This document shows positions 1 to 11,400 of a stretch of 64,000 nt of DNA, piece after piece (the stretch's first letter is position 1; each line of letters opens with the position of its first letter). Below the pieces are notes generated by a model. It made no database searches, was not told where the DNA came from, and worked only from the letters and a program-made list of their open reading frames with translations. This DNA comes from Massalongia carnosa (Eukaryota), in assembly GCA_965645245.1 (NCBI GenBank), contig OZ287080.1, positions 868,001 through 932,000 of the forward strand, in the 5' to 3' direction. The translations under genes were made by a program, and so were the position numbers.

Positions 1-96
1 GTAGGCTCAAATGAATGAGAAGACTGAGGAAAATAAGGTGAAAAGTTTCAGTATATCAAAATATATTGTACCGATGTTTTGGGGGTTGGCTTTTTG
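1..96 (-). mobile_element. 5' terminus (5'UTR start) of a C-type Tad1-like LINE continuing left out of the window
   Basis: Aligns closely with 26561-26657, the 5' end of the minus-strand LINE at 22004-26662 (gtaggctcaaatgaatgagaag...ggctttttg). Confidence 0.8.
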
Positions 97-705
97 AATG
101 GTCGTGGGCAAATGGAAGAGCTTGATGGATAGTCCTTGTTAACGGACTGGCTTGAACTGGTGTTTGGTTTTACCAGATTCCGACGGATTGCTATTATATG
201 TTGCTTGGTTACTTGGTTCTGGCTCTTAGATCGAAAGGATCACAGTCGCTGGGCGTTTCTAGGTCCGACTTTGATGTGGACTGACCGGGAGTGACTGGAG
301 GCTAAGGGATGATAGTACAAAGCAATCCAATTTTGATTGATCTGAGTTATCCTCTAAGAGAAAAGCAACGATTTCCGCACTAGCCGCCTGAAATGTATGT
401 TTTGAATCCCTTTCAAGCCTTGTTGCCGGCCTATTATTTAGTTAAGGCTCTGAGAGTCATTGGATCTCGGCAAGAGTGCCACGTAGTAATAGGTCAGTGA
501 TTGATATAACAGATCTAAATGCAGAAGCAGATTCAGGTGCAAAGATTGATTTGAGGCGTTTAGATGTGCCTTTGGGATTGATAAATCGAGAGCGTTTTTT
601 GTTTTTCGAAGCCAAAATAATCCTACAGTCTTATAACTGATACGCAGATGCTGACAATGAATAGAGGGCAAAATCGATGGCAGGGAGATTTGGTTTAATC
701 CCAAT

Positions 706-1030
706 GGATGTCACATTCCCGGTTTTTTGTTGGGAACGTGGATTATCCGAGACATCTGGATGTCAAAATCCCGGTTTTTTATTGGGAATGTAGATCATCC
801 GAGATATCGAAGTAAATATCACATATCCGGTTTTTTATTGGAAATGTAGATCATCCGAGACACCTGGATGTCACATTCCCGATTTTTTGTTGGGAATGTA
901 GATCATCCGAGACATCAAAGTGAAGTGGATGTCACATTCCCGGTTTTTTATTGGGAACGTAGATCGTCCGAGAAATCTGGATGTCACATTCCCGGTTTTT
1001 TGTTGGGAATGTAGATCATCCGAGACATCG
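706..1030. repeat. Minisatellite, 6 units of ~52-61 bp, in the Copia leader
   Basis: Unit ggatgtcacattcccggttttttgttgggaatgtagatcatccgagacatc. The first two units start at 706 and 758 (52-bp period, not a multiple of 3). Confidence 0.9.
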
Positions 1031-1283
1031 AAACGAAGTGCGAGGAGGTGCCTGTTAAAATATTTGTTAGCGTTCGTTTAGTAATGGGCAAAGAAGAATC
1101 CGGGCGCCCGATAGTTGTGCTTAGCCATCTCAAACACTGCCGACTGTTTCATATGTGTCGATTAGTGTCGGATTTTCTGTAGGAGATTATTCGCGATGGT
1201 AATTGTTTGCGACGGTAAGGAGGCTTATGTTAGGGCAGGTAAAGTAAGACAAGCAAACACATGTAAAGAGGTGCCCTGAGGCC

Positions 1284-1295
1284 GGGCTCATAACC
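1284..1295 (-). promoter_or_regulatory. Primer-binding site GGTTATGAGCCC (tRNA-iMet internal-fragment type)
   Basis: gggctcataacc on the + strand, directly abutting the putative LTR end. Confidence 0.7.
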
Positions 1296-1519
1296 TATCA
1301 AAAGGTAGTATAGTAGATAGAGGATAGAACGCTTGCTATTGTTCTATATAGTGGGAATAGCTAGATTTATAGACAATGTACGGTATGCTAGTATTAGACT
1401 AACGATACGTCTAGCAGTTAGCGTGCGCCATACTCGTGCCGTAGAAGGTGAGTGCGGCTGAAATGAAGTAGCCTGATTTGTACATTCTAACAGGCTAGCA
1501 AGTGATCGTCATAACAACA

Positions 1520-2075
1520 TTAAACCATCAGCTGTTTTGAAGTTCAATGATCGAAATATAGCTTTGAACGCGTCGAGAGGTGTAAATATCGCGGTATGAC
1601 ACTGTGACACGGAAATATTTACATCCGTTCGTCCGAATACGCAATACATCAAATGCATAAAATTTGGATAAAAGCATTATAAATGCAAAAATCAAGCGAA
1701 ATACAATATGTTCACAAAATCATGAAACTCAAAATCATGAATGCACAACTTGCAAATTCAAAAACGCGTGTGCACATGGCGTCGTCAAATGCGTCAATTG
1801 CAATCAAAATTATCAGTCAAAATGATGAACGATGTGAAATGATTGCATCGTTAAACGTTCGAAAATCGACTGACGAGTTATTCGCTTTGTAATGGCAGGA
1901 CAGCATTCGTTGACAAACTTTGAAAATACACAAAATGTCAGATTTATTCAATACAATTGTACAAAGTCAACGAATGCAATGATTTCGTGTCTGGAATATG
2001 CAGTATTAAATATAATTTATATTGTTTTATTTCAGGAACCTTTGACACGCGATCTAAAAACTATTTCTTATCCGT
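1520..2075 (+). pseudogene. Degenerate LINE fragment (ORF1 Zn-knuckle end, TAATG at 1890-1894, start of ORF2 endonuclease)
   Basis: MAGQHSLTNFENTQNV...QEP matches the ORF2 start at 40564. Stops are present. Confidence 0.9.
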
Positions 2076-3169
2076 ACCGAATTTCAGCTGCATAATGGTA
2101 GCAAATATCATTTTCGAACAATTGTTTGACAAATGATAAAAGCTCGATTTGCCAGGTTGCATATCAAATTTCTCGTAATGTTTGCCTTTTGACCTGCATC
2201 GTTGCCATTGATTCGTCCATGTGTTTAGCGTATTTTGATGAATTTGACTTTTCAAGTAGTCAAATATGATCGCCGAGGACTCCGCTATGATTTGACTGTG
2301 TCCTGCTTTCGCCATTTTGTCTGCAATTTTATTTTCGATAATTTTCGAATGACTAGGAATCCATTGCAGAATTATCTGATAGTTGTTTTAGAATAAACAT
2401 TTTGCAATCTTTCGAATTTGCTTCGCATAAATATGATTTGTTAAATGTTGAATTTCGTTTATCGCGTTCAAACTATCGGAAAAAATCCATATTGTTTTTT
2501 CTAAATTCGATAATATATTCTCGTTCGTTAACTTGTATACCCATTTGACTGCTTGTAAAATCGCATGAAGTTCAGCATTTTTAATGCTTGACTGTTTGCT
2601 CAATTTCCAGCTTTTCGAAATTGTATGATGTTGGATAAGGCAATCTTTTTCGATAAAGTGATCGAAATCATCGATAAAATTGTTCCATTTTCGCATAATT
2701 GGTGCGAATGTGACTGCAGAAGTTGCAAATTCTACTTTGATCCATCTGTATAAAGTAATATTCGTGATATTTCGGAATTCATAGATTGAATTTTGGACAA
2801 AGTCGAATATTAACTTGATTTTGCTGTTTCTTTTGACTTTTGATTTGAAATTCGATTTCACACGACGACTTCCATGGTTTTATGAAGTTATTTAATTGTT
2901 CGAATTTATCAGTTTTGTGAACTATGTCCGAAACGGAGTGCAAAACACGAATAAGCTGACTAGGATGTCGTTTATTTGTTTGTTTTTCGTCTTCGTTCCA
3001 TTCGGCATATTTGTTGTTCCATAAGCTAGTATCAAAACCGATGTTTTCGAATTTCATCGAATATGTGTTTGGAATTCTTTGACAAATGGGATTATTTTCG
3101 GCAATCTTCAACAATCGAATAGCATATTTGTGATTTTTCATCAATAATCGTAGTTTGACTGGTAGAATA

Positions 3170-3322
3170 TACCCGTTTGCAAAATGGTGTGCCGAACTTT
3201 GAACCCCGAAACTGCGCGGTAAAAAAAAAAATAAGCGACAGAATTGGACCACACTCCAGAATTTGGTGCAGTAGCTAATGGCACTCCTCCCCTTCACACC
3301 GCCTTTTGCAGTCTGTAGGATA
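3170..3322 (+). repeat. Left TIR (153 bp)
   Basis: (c/t)acccgtttgcaaaatggtgtgccgaac...gtctgtaggata, the reverse complement of 6507-6659 with a few mismatches. Confidence 0.95.
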
Positions 3323-3385
3323 AAAGATATGTAGTGTTTTCATGTAGATCTTTATTCTTGCTACCTCGTAGTTTCAAAAGCAAAC

Positions 3386-4421
3386 ATGGGACGATCATTC
3401 AGCATCATCAAACGCCAGGCTATAAAGCTCAGACTGGAATCGGGTGAAGATGATAACACGATCATAACTGCTACTGGTGTCAGCATCAGACAACTACGTA
3501 AGATGAGACGTAATTGGGAACGGTTCAATGAGGTTGCAAAACCTCAGCTTGCTGCTGGCCGGCGCAAGAAACTGAATCAACAACAAATCGATCAACTACT
3601 CGTGTATCTGGATCAGAGACCTACCTCTTATTTGGATGAGATGTTCTGGATTTTGTATGATGAATTCGACGTCTTGGTGAGCGAGTCTACGGTTTCTCGA
3701 ACTCTGAAGCAGATGGCCTGGAATCGAAAGATGGCCATTCGTATAGCACAACAACGCAACCAATCTTTGCGTGATGAGTGGATGATTAGACTGGGAGGAT
3801 GGAGGGCTGATCAGTTGATTTTTCTGGACGAAAGCGCTGCATGCGAGCGTACTGGTCAGTACGATTTGAAGAACTTCAGTTTCTTTGCTAATTGTTATTA
3901 CTTTAGGTGATCGTCGATATGGATGGGCCGCACCAGGAATCAATCCGACCATGATTCAAGCGCTCAAACGTTCTAAGAGATGGAGTATATTACCAGCGTT
4001 CACCATCGACGGTTTCATAGCTTGAGAGGTGCATCATGGCTCTATAATATCAGATATTCTGAATGAATTCGTCAGGCTCAAGGTTTTACCATACTGCGCT
4101 GGAGGTAATGGTCCTCGTTCGGTTTTGATTATGGATAATGCCTCTATACATTGGAGTGAGGAATTGAGGATCATGTGTCAGGATGCAAATGTTTTGCTGG
4201 TTCATTTGCCTCCGTATTCACCCGATTTTAATCCAATAGAGACTTCATTCTCTATTCTAAATGCCCGGATTAAAAGTCACAGCATTTTAATTGATTCATA
4301 TAAAGAGGAAACTGGTGGATTTGGGAGATTTTTAGAAGATGCACTGCAGGCTATAAGTGAAGATGTTTCACATGATGCAGGTGCATTGTTTCGACAGTCT
4401 AGTATTGAATATAACTCATAA
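3386..4421 (+). pseudogene. DD34E (DDE_3-type) transposase, ~327 aa, two exons (3386-3854, 3907-4421), one premature stop
   Basis: N-terminal HTH-like region, FLDES, MDNASIH and LPPYSPDFNPIE, with 34 residues between D and E. Removing a 52-nt GTCAGT...GCTAAT...TTTAG intron restores the frame (ERTG/DRRYGW). TGA at 4023-4025 is TGG in copy 2. Confidence 0.9.
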
Positions 4422-4436
4422 AATTTAATTTTCTCA

Positions 4437-6440
4437 TCAGCTACTGTCTTCCGCATCATCCTCCTCGTCCTCCTCGTCCTCCTGATTGTCCTCCTCCTCG
4501 TCCTCTTCCCCCTCCTCCTCCTCCTCCTCCTCCTACTCCTCATCCTCGTCTAGGTCCTCCTCATTTTCCTCTCCCTCCTCCTCGTCATTCAAATCCTTTT
4601 GTGTAGTCCCAGTAGTTAACGGACGAAGATTGAAGCTTGGCCGGAAATTCTTTGACAGAGATTGACCGGAGGAACGTGATTCTGATAGAAGAGGAACAAT
4701 TACAGGTTCAGAATCGTGCTCGGATGATTGCTGCTTCAATTGTCTAGCAAATTTGCTGACATCGCGAGCCAAACGTATGCCGATGCCAGGTTCGATTCCT
4801 ATTTTCTCCTATTTTTCCTCATAAGCAGTACCTTTCCACTGCTGTATGGTTTGTAAATCATAGCACTTATCCTCCAGTATGTTATAGGCGTGTCTAAATT
4901 GAAACTTCAATCTAGGTGTGATTTTTATATGCCATAAAATATAATCATACAAATCACCTTGCTCCACTGGACTGCTTGGAATAGGAACGGAGGTGAGGCT
5001 TAACGGTAGAGCAGTTGTTAATTCAGATAAGTTCTTCATCTTTTTATGCTTCTGCTTTACCTTCTTCTCCACTTTCTCCGATTTTTCTTGCTGAATAGGC
5101 TGTGCTGAAGGCATATTCTGATATACGGAAGGGGAAGGAAGGGGGAAATATGGTGAAGGATACAATAAGGCTGAGGGTTGCTGATATGGATATAAAAATG
5201 GATAATGAGGAGGTGGATATGCTGGACCTGCTGTCATCGAATATATTGCCGAAGGGACGGATTCCTTAACGATTGCTTTTTGCTCTTTCTTTTCGAGAGC
5301 ATCGGCCTTTCGTTTTGATGAAAAAAGAACCTCTAGTGTAGTCGGTGGAGGCCTTTCATGAGTGGATTTTCCCTCCTCGATGGCTTGGGTCTAAGCATTA
5401 ATATGAGCTGCATTCAGCGGATAATGCTTTTCATTATCAATCTAGCAATATTTGCCTTTGAATTTGCATCTCGAACTAGTGCATAACCACATGCTTTGCA
5501 AGGCCTCCAGACGTTTATCCAGATCATCTCGTAAAATTGCACGCTCTTCTCGCTGAGCCAACAGTTTATCCGTCTTTGTGGTCCTCTTTTTGCTTCTGCC
5601 TTTGCCTCCAGCGACAGCGTCAGCAACAATGAGAGCAGCAGCAGATTCATGTCGAGAATTATTGACTAGAGCGTCATCAACAGCTGAATTGATCGTCAAT
5701 GGAACGATTCCATAGCTTCTACGGGCAAAATAATAGGAACATTCTACACTCAGTCCTCTTTTGTTATCATGATTAAGCTGACGAAGAATTTCTTCTACGT
5801 TTGCCCATGTTTGATAGGCTGAATGTTTGAGCAAGGAAGAAGTATGTTTTTCATCCTTTTTAATGGCCTTCCAAACGATAGTAAAGGTAGCAGACACTCT
5901 ATGACAAGACCAGCCCTTATTATCGGCATGAGTGCTGGCTAACGCTTCCTGTTGTTTATGCAGAGAAAGAAGATTGATCCTCCGAGTTCCATCCACCGTT
6001 GCCGCCTTTACTTCGATATCTATCTTTTCCGCTTCAAACATTGTCTTTGTCACTAGAGTAAACAAAATAGGCTCGGGCTCAGGCTCGGGTTCAGGCTCAG
6101 GCTCAGGCTCAGGTTCAGGAGTACTAGATAACTCAGAAAGATAAGGAGAAGGCGTACTATTGCGAGACGGACGAATATTCCTTGGCTCGGGAAGGAGGAG
6201 ACGAGGAGGAGGTAAAGGCGAAGCCGAAGGAGAAGATGGAGGAGATGGTGAAGGTGGACGTGATGGAAGATCAGGAATACGGGTATTTAAAACTGGTGAT
6301 GATGCTCTAGGAGGATTGATTCTAAGCCTTTGTTTGGATAGAGGTGATGAGTTCCTAGGCAATTCAGTAGTAGATGCTCGTTTTCTGGGTTGTTTGGAGG
6401 GCTGTTTTGAAGGCTGTTAAGGAGGCTGTTTTCGAGGCAT
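4437..6440 (-). pseudogene. Second (cargo/accessory) gene of the Tc1-like element, ~667 codons, function unknown; five in-frame stops
   Basis: ORF-track pieces 5442-6362, 4809-5237 and 4533-4772 are all in frame with the ATG at 6440 (MPRKQPP). Stops at 6417-19 and 4809-11 are AAA and TGG in copy 2. Contains WLCTSSRCKFKGKYC*IDNEKHYPL, a (PE)n run and an acidic tail. Confidence 0.8.
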
Positions 6441-6506
6441 GATGACTGGAATTACTACGTTGAAAGTTCATACAAACGACAATCAAAAGGATATCATTAA
6501 TCGTAC

Positions 6507-6659
6507 TATCCTATAGACTGCAAAAGGCGGTGTTAAGGGGAGGAGGGCCGTTAGCTACTGCACCAAATTCTGGTGTGTGATCCAATTCTGTCGCTTATTT
6601 TTTTTTTTACCGCGCAGTTTCGGGGTTCAAAGTTCGGCACACCATTTTGCAAACGGGTT
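6507..6659 (-). repeat. Right TIR (153 bp)
   Basis: tatcctatagactgcaaaagg...cacaccattttgcaaacgggtt. Confidence 0.95.
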
Positions 6660-6689
6660 TATGTGATTCAATTTCTATCGCCTGAACAG

Positions 6690-7202
6690 TTTTTTTTTTT
6701 TTTATTCATTAAGTGTATTCAACCTAAGGTTATGACACTAAACTATTTTTGGATATGTTTCTATATTACAAATAAATCAACCTTTTATAACCCATCTATC
6801 TATTGTCAATTTTTCCCCATTTTTACTCCGTGTTAGTAACAACCTATAGTAATCGAAGAATATCGATTTTAAAATTTGTCTTTGTAAGTTCGTGAATGTT
6901 TCAGCATAAATCGTTTCTAATTTTACTGTTCGATCTCTCCCCAACCTCCAGTTTCGAAAATCTCGTCATCAAGCTGACCTAATATTAATTTTCTTGTTGC
7001 GATTTAGTTATTGACAATGAATTTAATCAAAATGTCATTTCCGATTTTTGTATTAAACAACATATTCAAATTGATCGTAGTATCGATATTTTGTTTCATG
7101 TTTTGAATTTCATCGAAATAGTGAATGCAATTCAATAACAAGTGTATTGGCGTTTGTCGTTGATTGCATCGATTTGTGTATTTTGACGAATTATAATCTT
7201 TC
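6690..7202 (-). pseudogene. LINE 3' fragment with 3'UTR and A-rich tail
   Basis: T-run at 6690, conserved 3'UTR and ETGGWGEIEQ-like C-terminus. Confidence 0.9.
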
Positions 7203-8431
7203 TTTTTTTTATTTTATTTATTCATTAAGTGTATTCAACCTAAGGTTATGACACTAAACTATTTTAAGATATGGTTTTATTTTACAAATAAATCAACCCT
7301 TTATAACCCAACTATCTTTCGTCAATATTGCCCCGTTTTTACTCCGTGTTAGTAACAACCTTTAGTAATCGAAATATCGATTTTACAATTTGTTTTTGTA
7401 AAGCTCGTAAATATTCCAGCATAAATAATTTCTAATTTTACTGTTCGATCTCTCCCCAACCTCCCGTTTCGATATTTTCGTCATCGAGCTGACCTAGCAT
7501 CCATTTTCTAGTCGCGATTTTGTTATCAACAATAAATTTAATCAAAATATTATTTCCGATCCTAGTATTAAACAACATCTTTAAAGTAATTGTGGTATCG
7601 ATATTTTGTTTCATGTTTAGGATTTCATTTGAATAATGTATGCAATTCATCAATAAGAGTTCTGGCGTTTGACGTTCGTTGCAGCGCCCTGTGCATTTTG
7701 ACGAATTATAATCTTTCAATCGGTGCAGATATGATCGAAAATAACCGTGTCCGAATTTCATTTGCATAATAGTCGCAAATATTAATTTCGAACAATTATT
7801 CGACAGATAATATAACCTCGATTGGCCCGGCTGCATTTCGAATTTCTCATAGTATTTGCCTTTTGACTTGCATTGTTGCCATTGATTCGCCCATGTGGCT
7901 AACATATTTCGATTTATTTGACCCTTTACATAATCAAATGTTATTATCGAAGACTCGACTAGGATTCGACTATGTCCCGCTTTTGCTGCTTTATCTGCAA
8001 TTTCATTTTCGACGATTTTCGAATGACTAGGAATCCATTGTAGAACCACCTGATAATTGTTTCCGAATAAGCATTTCGAGAATTTTCGAATTTGTTTTGC
8101 GTAAGTATGATTTGTCAAGTTCTGAATTTCGTTTATCGCGCTTATGCTATCGGAAAAAATACAAATCGTTTTTTCCAAATTGAAGAGAATATTTGCAATT
8201 GTCAATTTGTATGCCCATTTTATTGCTTGTAGTATCGCTCGCATACAGTTTGATCGATCGTTTTGTCATAAAATGCTTGACCCATTGAATAAATATGCGA
8301 GATAAATGCAGCTTTTTCATAACATTTAGCAATTGATTAATCGAAACAAAGTCAAATACTCCTTTGACATCGAGTAATAGACATGATAAAACGTTTTTGT
8401 TTCGGTTTGCGATTTCGATATCATGAACGAC
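7203..8431 (-). pseudogene. C-type LINE 3' part with an internal deletion between RT and RNase H (junction ~8230)
   Basis: Tail at 7203 and RNase H/CCHC ORF 7438-8244, followed by an abrupt switch to RT sequence. Confidence 0.85.
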
Positions 8432-11400
8432 TTTTTTTTATTTTATTTATTCATTAACTGTATTCAACCTAAGGTTATGACACTAAACTATTTTAGGATA
8501 TGTTTCTATATTACAAATAAATCAACCCTTTATAACCCATCTATGTATCGTCAATTTTTCCCCATTTTTACTCCGTGTTAGTAACAACCTATAGTAATCG
8601 AAAAATATCGATTTTACAATTTATCTTTGTAAGTTCGTAACTGTTTCAGCATAAATCGTTTCTGATTTTACTGTTCGATCTCTCCCCAACCTCCAGTTTC
8701 GAAAATATCGTCATCAAGCTGACCTAGTATCCATTTTCTAGTCGCGATTTTGTTATTGACAATGAATTTAATCAAAATGTCATTTCCGATATTTGTATTA
8801 AACAACATATTCAAGTTGATCGTAGTATCGATGGTTTGTTTCATGTTTTGAATTTCATCGAAATAGTGAATGCAATTCAATAACAAGTGTTCTGGCGTTT
8901 GTCGTTGATTGCATCGATTTGAGCATTTTGACGAATTATAATCTTTCAATCGATGTAAATATGATCGAAAATAGCCGTGTCCGAATTTTAATTGCATAAT
9001 AGTAGCAAATATCAATTTGGAACAGTTGTTTGATAAATAATAAAATCTCGATATGCCAGGTTTCATTTCGAATTTCTCGTAGTATTTGCCTTTTGATTTG
9101 CATTGTTGCCATTGATTCGTCCATGTGGTTAGCATATTTTGATTTATTTGATCTTTTACATAATCAAATGTTAAAGCCGAGGACTCGACTAGGATTTGAT
9201 TATGGCCGGTCTTTGCTATTTTGTCTGCAATTTCGTTTTCGGTAATATTCGAATGACTCGGAACCCATTGCAAAATCAACTGATAATTGCTTTCAAATAA
9301 GCGTTTTGCGAGATTTCGAATTTGTCTTGCGAAAATATGATTTGTCAAGTTCTGAATTTCGTTTATCGCGTTTATACTATCAGAAAAAATCCAAATCGTT
9401 TTTTCCAAGTTCGATAAAATATTAGTATTAGACAATTTATAGACCCATTTCATTGCTTGTAAAATTGCATGCAGTTCAGCATTTTTAATGCTTGACTGTT
9501 TGCTTAATTTCCAGCTTTTCGAAATCGTATGATACTTGATCAGACAATCTTTTTCGATAAATCGATCAAAATTATTGATAATACTACTCCAATTCCTCAT
9601 AATTGGCGCAAATGTGACAGCAGACGTTGCAAATTCGATTTTGATCCATCCGTATAAAGTAAAACTCGGGATTTATCGGAGTTCATTGATTGAATTTTGG
9701 ATAAGGTCGAATAATAACTTGATTTAGCAGATTCCTTTGTATTTTCGATTTGAAATTCGATTTTGCACGGCGATTTCCATGGTTTAATAAAATGATTTGA
9801 TTGTTCAAACTCATCAGTTTTGTGAACTATGTCGGAAACGGAATGAAGAACGCGAATGAGCTGACTAGGATGTCGTTTATTTGTTTGTTTTTCGTCTTCG
9901 TTCCATTCGGCATATTTGTTGTTCCATAAACTAGTGTCAAAACCGATGTTTTCGAATTTTATCGAATATGTATTTGGAATTCTTTGACAAATAGGGTTAT
10001 TTTCGGCAATCTTCAATAATCGAATTGCGTATTTTTGATTTTTCATTAATAATCGAAGTTTAACTGGAAAAACATGTGATTCAATTTCCATCGCCTGAAT
10101 AGGTGTGGTTTTGAAAGTTCCTAAAATCTTTCGAATCATTCGATTTTGTAGGTTCTGAAATAGTTTTTCATATTTCTTTTGACCATTATACCAAATTTCT
10201 GAGCCATAGTCCGAAATAGGAATAATGCATGACAAATAGAGCTGTCTGCATGCGGTCGGTTTCAGACCCCATTCGGATTTCATCAAATTCTGAATTGCAA
10301 AAAACGATCGATTCGCAGAAGAGATTCGCGTTTCGACGTGTTTTTTGAAATTCAGTTTCCGGTCTAACCAGACGCCCAACCATTTGACTACATTTTTCGG
10401 TTCTAGTACTGTCCCGTTTGGTAATTCCAATTTGTCTTTCGATACATTTCTCTTCTTTTCGAAGTGAATCAGCTCGGATTTATCGTCATCAAATTTGACA
10501 TTATTCGATGCGGCCCAATCAAAAGCTGTTTTGACTATGATTTCGATTTCTTTGCAATTTTGTTTTGCAGTTTTATTTTCGACATATATTGCAACATCGT
10601 CAATAAAACTGAGAGAATTTGCATTAAATTTCATTCGTATTTTCGGAAACAAGTGACGAATGTAAATCAGAAATAGAATAGGCGAGATTGGTGAACCTTG
10701 TGGAATTCCTGATTCGACATAATATGTTTTGCTTTTGTTTTCATCGAATATCAAATTGATCGATCGTTTTGTCATGAAATGCTTGACCCATTGAATTACT
10801 ATGCGAGATAATTTCAGCTTTTTAATGACATTTAGCAGTTGATTAATCGAGACAAAGTCAAATGCGCCTTTGACATCGAGTAATAAACAGGATAAAACGC
10901 TTTTATTTCGATTCGCAATTTCGATATCATGAAAGACGTTCATTACTGCGTCAATTGCAGAATGATTTTTGCGTCCGCCCATCTGTTCGATATCTAGTAA
11001 ATTCGAATTTTCGCCGAAGTAGGCTAGTCGATTTGCAACGATTTTCTCAGCAATTTTACCAAGACAATTTAGTAATGTGATAATTCGATATGATTTTGGT
11101 AGCGAATAGTCTGATTTATTAGGCTTTTTCAGAACTGCACCGAGTCCTGTCCGCCAGCATAACGGGTGATAACCGATTCGAATGAATTTCGAATAAATCA
11201 TGAAAAACACGTTTTTCAACGATTGAAACGATTTTTGAACAATTGTAAAATTGATTGCATCAGGTCCACATGCTTTCTTGGGATTAAATAAATAAATCGC
11301 ATTTTGCAGCTCGTTTTCGGTCAAATCTGGCCAATTATCAATATTTTCGCTGTCTTGATTTGGTAAATCTTCGACATTATCGTCTATAAATGGGTTTTTT

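Larger units (their letters stand above)
97..1519 (-). mobile_element. 5' part of a degenerate Ty1/Copia-type LTR retrotransposon (LTR ~1296-1519, PBS, leader, probable gag relic)
   Basis: The minus strand starts TGTTG at 1519 and has TATA-like motifs. It then reads ...TTTGATA-GGTTATGAGCCC, the PBS type used by copia/Ty5-like elements primed by the internal half of tRNA-iMet. Sequence below ~700 is stop-interrupted and only tentatively gag. Confidence 0.6.
3170..6659 (+). mobile_element. Tc1/mariner-IS630 superfamily DNA transposon, copy 1 (3490 bp, two convergent genes)
   Basis: 153-bp TIRs at 3170-3322 and 6507-6659; TA duplication at 3168-3169 and 6660-6661; DD34E transposase. Confidence 0.95.
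2076..6689 (-). pseudogene. LINE RNase H-region fragment (2076-3169 plus 6660-6689) split by the Tc1-like element
   Basis: NAELHAI and IFSDS motifs. The flanks rejoin as ggtagaa-TA-tgtgattca, collinear with 36691-36725. Confidence 0.9.

Noticed and set aside
706..1030. CRISPR-like array
   Set aside because: The units are contiguous tandem repeats with no unique spacers, the context is eukaryotic, and there are no cas genes.
4277..4543. Arg-rich protamine-like ORF (also 49453-49755) and poly-Ser or Gly-Ser ORFs
   Set aside because: These are alternative frames of the GAG/GAC acidic-tail and (PE)n repeats of the transposon accessory gene.
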